This document shows positions 46,692 to 52,418 of a stretch of DNA of 52,418 nucleotides, piece after piece. The position numbers and the translations under genes were made by a program. Position 1 is the stretch's first letter. The number at the start of each line of letters is the position of its first letter. The stretch comes from a virus. Taxonomy: Duplodnaviria > Caudoviricetes. The notes under the pieces are model-generated. The model was given only the letters and a program-made list of their open reading frames with translations. It made no database searches and was not told where the DNA came from. Where the stretch lies: the IMG/VR virus record IMGVR_UViG_3300036846_000061, positions 1 to 52,418 of that record; one strand, given 5' to 3'.

Positions 46692-46899
46692 GTATGTTGT
46701 AGATATTAATGGAACGTTTACTGCTGTTGTAAATGTTGAAATTGATGCTGATGTTGTAAAGGATGAAACTGAAGAGGACATCGAACAAATGATATATGGT
46801 CTAGCCGAGAAACAATTAAATGAGATGTTAGATAAGAATGATTTAAGTCTTGTTGATAATATAGAATTGGAGTGTATAGATAATGTAGAAATAGACTAA
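46678..46899 (+). CDS. Small, very acidic protein
   Basis: GAGGAG RBS; D/E-rich. Confidence 0.6.
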   Translation: MMMTKYVVDINGTFTAVVNVEIDADVVKDETEEDIEQMIYGLAEKQLNEMLDKNDLSLVDNIELECIDNVEID

Positions 46900-47177
46900 A
46901 CATCAAAGATACGTTCTGACCACTGGCGCCAGGAGCGAACGATCCTTTGTCCTTTGGGCGTAAGGATTATTCCTCCTGGCGTCAAGTCATTAAACTCAAT
47001 GGCTATCTCACGATAGAAATTGAAACGTTTCTTTGTTTCTTCCCCAAATATACGTTCTATATTGTTGTTTGATATTGTTTCATTGTTTTCATGCATCCAT
47101 TCAATCGTGCATAACATCCATAAGTATATGGCTTTGTCAACGGCAGTTATGGTATGCTGTCTAGCTCTTAACATCAA
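46896..47177 (-). CDS. Hypothetical protein, possible winged helix
   Basis: ILTPKG motif; stop overlaps the convergent gene; start uncertain. Confidence 0.45.
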   Translation of the reverse strand: MMLRARQHTITAVDKAIYLWMLCTIEWMHENNETISNNNIERIFGEETKKRFNFYREIAIEFNDLTPGGIILTPKGQRIVRSWRQWSERIFDV

Positions 47178-47191
47178 CTATAAGAATATAG

Positions 47192-47220
47192 TTTACGCGC
47201 GGCTCGATCCGCGCTACTAT
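47192..47220 (+). promoter_or_regulatory. Putative promoter TTTACG-N17-TACTAT for primase/VapE
   Basis: Followed by a leader hairpin CGCTACCTGGTAG...CTACCAGGCAGCG and a GAGGA RBS. Confidence 0.5.
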
Positions 47221-47331
47221 TACTATTCGTCGCTGATTGAAGAAAAGACGCTACCTGGTAGCGCAATACTGGGCTAAAGTATTGAGTTACTACCAGGCAG
47301 CGGACATCAATCCTTTGAGGGAGGAAACGCG

Positions 47332-48348
47332 ATGTCAGCTAGTATATATAGTAGTTCCGACGAAAACACTAGAGATGATTTTATAGCGCCTAATAATATT
47401 ACCGTTTGCCGATCATATAGTACCAAACTTATACTTTGTAAAACAGTATATCCTAGCTCTGAAGTTGCCTACGACAATGTCAAATACTACAATTTTTTCA
47501 ATAGACCAGTTCAACATCTCCAGGATTTATTTGAACTAATCAAGTATCTCCTGGCGCGCCCACAATGCTGTGTCATTCGTGGTGTATGCGTAGATGATAG
47601 CAAGCCAAAACAACGACGACTACTGTATGATGATAGAGAAAGTGGTGAGCACGCTACCGTTATTGAACAAGATCAAAATTGGTTCGCACTAGATATAGAT
47701 GGATATGGTGTGTCGTCTGGTGATTTGAAACTTGATGCGAACAAAGTTCTCCTGGCGCTCGGTCTCTCTAATGTAGAGGCTTTTGCCATTCCTAGCGCTG
47801 GTTACTTGAGAAAGCCTGGTATTCATATCAGGCTGTTTTTATGGAACTCAGTGCGTGTGAGTTGTCTAGCTCTCAAGAAACATTTTAGTAGTGCAAAAGG
47901 CATAGTAGATACAGCGTTATTTGGGCCGGTCCAGCCTATCTATACCTCGCGCCCGAGATTTATAGGGTGTAGCGATCCTTGTGAGAAATGGTGGACATGG
48001 ATCTCTGGTGAGGCTCAACATACTAATGTGCCGCCGAATTATAGTGAACGTGGAAGGTCAGAGAAACGATATACAGCAAAACAAGCAGAATCATTTCTAG
48101 CAGCTACTGTTAGGAAGATGGAGAACATTGAGGTTAAGACTAGACATAATTGGTTACTAAGAGAAGCAATATTATATGGGCAATTATGTAGTCAAGGTTT
48201 ATTAGATGATGAAGATACTAAACAACAATTATATAGTGCAGCTGGATATTATTGGCATGGTGATAGAAGAAAGGATATGGAAACTATAGTTGACGGAATG
48301 AAGCGCGGATACCAACAAATGGAGGGGAACAATGACAGCGAGTTCTGA
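47332..48348 (+). CDS. Primase/prim-pol-like protein with PriCT-like C-terminus
   Basis: ALDIDG, SAG...HIRLFLW, QPIYTSRP, RHNWL motifs; adjacent to VapE. Confidence 0.7.
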   Translation: MSASIYSSSDENTRDDFIAPNNITVCRSYSTKLILCKTVYPSSEVAYDNVKYYNFFNRPVQHLQDLFELIKYLLARPQCCVIRGVCVDDSKPKQRRLLYDDRESGEHATVIEQDQNWFALDIDGYGVSSGDLKLDANKVLLALGLSNVEAFAIPSAGYLRKPGIHIRLFLWNSVRVSCLALKKHFSSAKGIVDTALFGPVQPIYTSRPRFIGCSDPCEKWWTWISGEAQHTNVPPNYSERGRSEKRYTAKQAESFLAATVRKMENIEVKTRHNWLLREAILYGQLCSQGLLDDEDTKQQLYSAAGYYWHGDRRKDMETIVDGMKRGYQQMEGNNDSEF

Positions 48349-49894
48349 TTTAGATGATCTTATTATACAATTGAATGAACGCGACTCAGTTGATGCTAAA
48401 GAAAAGTTTTTGATTGAAGAACATCCAGAATTCATACTATTATTAGTAGAGCTATACAAAGAAGATTTACAAGAACATCAAAACTATTACGACAGAATAC
48501 TAGACTCATTTCTAAAGGTTAGAGGCAAGACTGCTTTTAAGAAAACACTTGATAATCTTCTTGATAATGTATTGAAGAAAGAACATAAATCAAAACTTGA
48601 AGAATTTAGCAATGCTGATTTCTCTAAGCTAGCAGTAAGTAAATCTGGACCGTTACCGACGCCAGACAATTATTATCAAATACTTCTGGCGGCCAAACGT
48701 ATTAAAATGGTTCATGACGAAATGACTGCGTATCCTTACTTTACTCAAATGATGTGGGATACAATTGATCGACCATTAATGCTACCTAATGATGGCACTC
48801 AATACTATAAATATAATGATTTCATGGAAACTGATTTGAAATGTGTATTGAATAGATATGTATATCCAGCAGAAATTAGTTTTACTGCTCTAGATGATGC
48901 TGTGTGGAAAACAGCTAGGCATAATAATGTTGATTTCTATAAGAAATGGATGTTAAGTTATGAAGATCAATATGATGATACTGTGGATCATTTCAGTATT
49001 AATAATTGTTTTGCTATCAAGTATTTAGGTGCGCCTCAAGAGCAATGGAGTTGCACTTGGGCTCGTGTATTAATGATGTCTCTAGTTCAAAGATGTTTAG
49101 AGCCTGGATGTCATCAGAGATATTATTTTGTAATCGAGGGAGAACAAAATATTGGAAAGACTAGGTTCTGTAGAATGCTTGTTCCTGATCAGTGGTATAT
49201 AAGTCACGCACTATCATCGAGAGAAGACATTGCAGACTTTTATAGACATATATATGATAAGGCTGTAGTTGAATTCGCAGAACTAGGAGGCACAGATAAA
49301 GCCTCCATTAATCTATTCAAAAGAGTTGTTACTGAAACTCATTCAGTATATAGACGAATGAGAGTTAATGATGTATCCTATTTTGCTAAGCGTAACATTA
49401 TTATATTGACGACAAATGAGAATACATATTTGAGAGATGCTTCTGGCGATACTCGCGCGATGATACTAAAGTCTGAATTAGCTCAAAACCAATTTATGAA
49501 TTTGGAAGGATTTGAAAAGGAATTTCCTCAGATATTAGCTCAAGCAATACGTATGTATAGAAATGGAATAAGTTGTTTTCTTAATCGAGATGAATTTGAA
49601 GCGCAAAAGGAACAAACTGATAAACGTGATGTTACATTCTCTTCTGATGAATACGAATTGGTTTGTGATTTCTTTAATGATGCGAATCAATTAGAGATAT
49701 GTAAAGAGAACGGTGTATATTTAGATTTGATTTATACTCACGCTCAAGTAAGTTGGGATATGATGAAACCAGAATTGATGAGGAAAGCGAGAGCATTTGG
49801 TGCTGCTTTAGTTAAATATGGTTTTAGTAGGCACGACAATAAAGCTAGATTGATTGATGGTAAAATACGCAAAGTATGGTATTGGAAACAATAG
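48332..49894 (+). CDS. VapE-family P-loop ATPase/helicase
   Basis: EPGC...VIEGEQNIGKT, VEFAEL, TTNE..YLRD.SGD.R motifs. Confidence 0.88.
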   Translation: MTASSDLDDLIIQLNERDSVDAKEKFLIEEHPEFILLLVELYKEDLQEHQNYYDRILDSFLKVRGKTAFKKTLDNLLDNVLKKEHKSKLEEFSNADFSKLAVSKSGPLPTPDNYYQILLAAKRIKMVHDEMTAYPYFTQMMWDTIDRPLMLPNDGTQYYKYNDFMETDLKCVLNRYVYPAEISFTALDDAVWKTARHNNVDFYKKWMLSYEDQYDDTVDHFSINNCFAIKYLGAPQEQWSCTWARVLMMSLVQRCLEPGCHQRYYFVIEGEQNIGKTRFCRMLVPDQWYISHALSSREDIADFYRHIYDKAVVEFAELGGTDKASINLFKRVVTETHSVYRRMRVNDVSYFAKRNIIILTTNENTYLRDASGDTRAMILKSELAQNQFMNLEGFEKEFPQILAQAIRMYRNGISCFLNRDEFEAQKEQTDKRDVTFSSDEYELVCDFFNDANQLEICKENGVYLDLIYTHAQVSWDMMKPELMRKARAFGAALVKYGFSRHDNKARLIDGKIRKVWYWKQ

Positions 49895-49908
49895 TTTGTA
49901 GTTAATTA

Positions 49909-50070
49909 GGTTAGCGAAATGAATATGTAAGTCGCTGAAATCGTTATATTTTATCATTTCGCTAACCGTATTAACCGATTAACTGTTATACTATATCAAA
50001 ACTAAAATACAAAAGGGGTTTTTTTTTCTCTAAACCGTTATAAGGACGGATTTTAGGTTAGGTTAAGTTA
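49909..50070. other. Candidate replication origin
   Basis: 14-bp inverted repeat GGTTAGCGAAATGA/TCATTTCGCTAACC, opposed TAACC/GGTTA short repeats around an AT-rich core, just after VapE. Confidence 0.5.
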
Positions 50071-50125
50071 TACGGTTAAGATAACGAATATGTCTAAATA
50101 GAAGTGCCGCCAGGAGAACCCACTT

Positions 50126-50593
50126 ATGTTAGAGAAAGACCTAGCAAAAGAGTTTAATGATTTGTTCAAGGAATATCAGATATGGACCCCATCCAACCGC
50201 ACTGGAGGATGGCCAGACAAGGGTGTTCAAATCAATAACTCTAGAATGATTTGGTTTGAACTCAAAATTATAGAGTATAGATTAGGCTCTCCAACATTTA
50301 AAGTTTCTGAACTAACTGCCGATCAAGCAGCCTGGTTAGCTAAATGGCAAAGATCAGGAGGCTTTTGCTTTTTGTTTCTTGGCTTTGTAGACTATAATAA
50401 CAACATAACAAAGTATGGAATATTGAGATGTGGTAATTGGAATACATGGTTAGGTGTTCCAAAACACGCAATTAGAATTGATCAACTTGTTCACTTCACA
50501 GAAGACAAATATGATATATACAAATGGTTTAAGGATTTGTTTGTTCCTCAATCTACCAGAGCTAATTCAGACAAGAACGGAATAGAAACTTAG
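50126..50593 (+). CDS. VRR-NUC/PD-(D/E)XK nuclease (resolvase-like)
   Basis: GWPD...WFELK...Q.AWL...GG motifs. Confidence 0.8.
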   Translation: MLEKDLAKEFNDLFKEYQIWTPSNRTGGWPDKGVQINNSRMIWFELKIIEYRLGSPTFKVSELTADQAAWLAKWQRSGGFCFLFLGFVDYNNNITKYGILRCGNWNTWLGVPKHAIRIDQLVHFTEDKYDIYKWFKDLFVPQSTRANSDKNGIET

Positions 50594-50729
50594 CGTATAT
50601 ACGCATCGTATATACGATGATAGTTTCGTTAGAAACGAAACTAAATAAAGGAGAACGACATAGGAACGATAAACTTTTCGCGTGCCGATCGTTTTTCCTC
50701 TTTACTTCCAAATTGCAATCGTATATACG
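50594..50729 (+). promoter_or_regulatory. Late control region: three CGTATATACG palindromes and a TTTACT-N17-TATACG promoter candidate
   Basis: Palindromes at 50594, 50607 and 50720; the last overlaps the -10 position. Confidence 0.5.
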
Positions 50730-50731
50730 CG

Positions 50732-51076
50732 GTGATACCGTTACTTTTGCATAACCAAATGCCTGATGGGTTCGATCCTCATGTAGAGCTAGAGCGTATC
50801 TACACTCTCGCAGAAGCTATGCGAGCTTGTAAACAACGCATCCCTGTAGTAATGGCACAGATGGATGCGGCTTTAGCAGACCCAGAGACTGCAATAGCAG
50901 ACAAGTTTCGTATATGGGATATGATCTGGAACCGTGCTTATGGGAAGCCGCGCCAGACAGTATACATTAATGACGAGACTAGTGCGAACCAAAGTTCTAG
51001 TCGTGTCAAAGTATATCTTCCAGACAATGGCCGCGTAACAACTCCTGTCAAAGTTATTGATAGCGAGGCGGCATAA
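50732..51076 (+). CDS. terS: Terminase small subunit (putative)
   Basis: NRAYGKPRQ motif; TAATG overlap with TerL. Confidence 0.7.
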   Translation: MIPLLLHNQMPDGFDPHVELERIYTLAEAMRACKQRIPVVMAQMDAALADPETAIADKFRIWDMIWNRAYGKPRQTVYINDETSANQSSSRVKVYLPDNGRVTTPVKVIDSEAA

Positions 51077-52418
51077 TGTATGATGGATTTGATACTGACT
51101 CTGATCTAAGACCGCAACCAGGTCCACAAGAACAATTCTTGTCTACTGCTGCCGACATAGCTATATATGGAGGTGCCGCTGGAGGTGGTAAGACTTATGC
51201 TCTACTGCTTGAGCCTTGTCGTCATATTGATAATGCTGACTTCGGCGCTGTCATATTTCGTCGCGAGGCTGTTCAAATCACTTCTGAAGGAGGTTTGTTC
51301 GACACCAGTTTCCAAATATACGAGCGTATAGACGGCACTCCAAGACAAAGCCCATATAAGATGTGGACGTTTACTAGTGGCGCCACTATAACGTTCAGCC
51401 ATCTTCACAATAACCACGATGTAAATGACTGGCAAGGATCACAAATCCCGCTCATTGGATACGACGAACTCACCCATTTTACTGAACAGCAATTTTGGTA
51501 TATGTTGTCCCGCAATAGGTCGATGTGTGGTGTTCGACCGTATATACGTGCGACATGTAATCCTGATGCTGACTCTTGGGTTGCTGATTTGGTGTCTTGG
51601 TATATTGATCAAGATACTGGTTATCCTTTGCCCGATAGGTCTGGCATCATACGTTATTTTATTAGAACAGACGACAAAATGATTTGGGCAAATACGCGCC
51701 AGGAGTTACTATGTAAGTTCCCTGGATCACTGCCGAAATCATTTACATTCATCCCTGCTACTCTTGAAGACAATGTTATTCTAAACAATCAAGACCCAGA
51801 CTACCGCGCTAATCTAGAGATGATGACTAGAGTAGAACGCGAGCGTCTGTTACACGGTAATTGGAAGATTAAACCTACAGCTGGTTCTTACTTCCCACAG
51901 ACTTGTATAAATATAATCCCAGCCGAACCTACCGATGTAAAGGTTTGGATTAGACGTTGGGATTTGGCAGCTACAGAGCCCAGTGAAGTTAGTCCATCGC
52001 CTAGTGCTACCGCATCAGTGTTAATGGGTCGCAGAGAGAATGGCAGATTTGTTATTGCTGATGGGATTAATATACGGCGTAACGCTTCTGTGGTGCGTGA
52101 TATATTGTCTGCTACTGCTTCACAGGATCGAAGCAAGTATAGGCGAGTTACAACAGTCGTGCCACAAGATCCAGGACAGGCTGGAAAAGATCAGTCAGCA
52201 TCTATCATCGCTTTCCTCGCAGGTTATAAGGTTAAATCTATACGAGAAACAGGACCCAAGATTACTAGAGCAGAACCTTTGTCTGCCCAATGGCAAGCCG
52301 GAAATGTTGACATAGTAGATGGTCCGTGGGTCCGGGATTACTTGAAGGAAATGGCTGCGTTTCCTGAAGGTGATCATGATGATTATGTCGATGCTAGTAG
52401 TGGTGCCTTTCTTGAGTG
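51076..52418 (+). CDS. terL: Terminase large subunit (463 aa across the circular join)
   Basis: Hand-translated: PQPGPQEQFL, YGGAAGGGKT, YDELTHF, RATCNP, WDLA, QDPGQAGK; absent from the ORF track because the stop lies past the window end. Confidence 0.95.
   Translation, partial: MYDGFDTDSDLRPQPGPQEQFLSTAADIAIYGGAAGGGKTYALLLEPCRHIDNADFGAVIFRREAVQITSEGGLFDTSFQIYERIDGTPRQSPYKMWTFTSGATITFSHLHNNHDVNDWQGSQIPLIGYDELTHFTEQQFWYMLSRNRSMCGVRPYIRATCNPDADSWVADLVSWYIDQDTGYPLPDRSGIIRYFIRTDDKMIWANTRQELLCKFPGSLPKSFTFIPATLEDNVILNNQDPDYRANLEMMTRVERERLLHGNWKIKPTAGSYFPQTCINIIPAEPTDVKVWIRRWDLAATEPSEVSPSPSATASVLMGRRENGRFVIADGINIRRNASVVRDILSATASQDRSKYRRVTTVVPQDPGQAGKDQSASIIAFLAGYKVKSIRETGPKITRAEPLSAQWQAGNVDIVDGPWVRDYLKEMAAFPEGDHDDYVDASSGAFLE
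52292..52418. repeat. Terminal repeat copy (identical to 1-127)
   Basis: Exact sequence identity. Confidence 0.95.

Noticed and set aside
51202-52377. Short ORFs listed in the track at the right end
   Set aside because: They overlap the continuous TerL frame starting at 51076
1-52418. Alternative genetic code
   Set aside because: Core genes are full length under the standard code and all three stop codons end genes

Overview
The window is an apparently complete circular genome of a tailed dsDNA phage with a contractile tail. It is 52,291 bp plus a 127-bp terminal duplication (1-127 = 52292-52418). The large terminase spans the join (51076-52418 continuing to 176), which is why the ORF track misses it. 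Three modules are visible. (1) A + strand virion module (50732-52418/1-25469): TerS/TerL, portal, head proteins, neck, sheath/tube, chaperone with a likely -1 frameshift, tape measure, baseplate, several fibre-like genes and a Cys/His amidase lysin. (2) A - strand replication and nucleotide module (25645-36520): SNF2 helicase, DnaE-type polymerase, 3'-5' exonuclease, MazG-like protein, a divergent ThyX, an FAD oxidoreductase and an SSB-like protein, preceded by small early genes (36658-41973). (3) A + strand primase/VapE/nuclease block. I found no integrase, tRNA or CRISPR array. The most unusual signals are: a 9-mer (CGCCAGGAG) counted by eye at least 45 times and reused in RBSs and terminators; five covarying stem-loop leader cassettes between early genes; a ~120-nt bistable RNA candidate with its own promoter; a ThyX lacking key catalytic residues inside a possible base-modification cluster; a PEP-CTERM protein next to the capsid gene; and a collagen/fibre-extended baseplate spike. 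Family assignments come from motif recognition and gene order, not from database searches.
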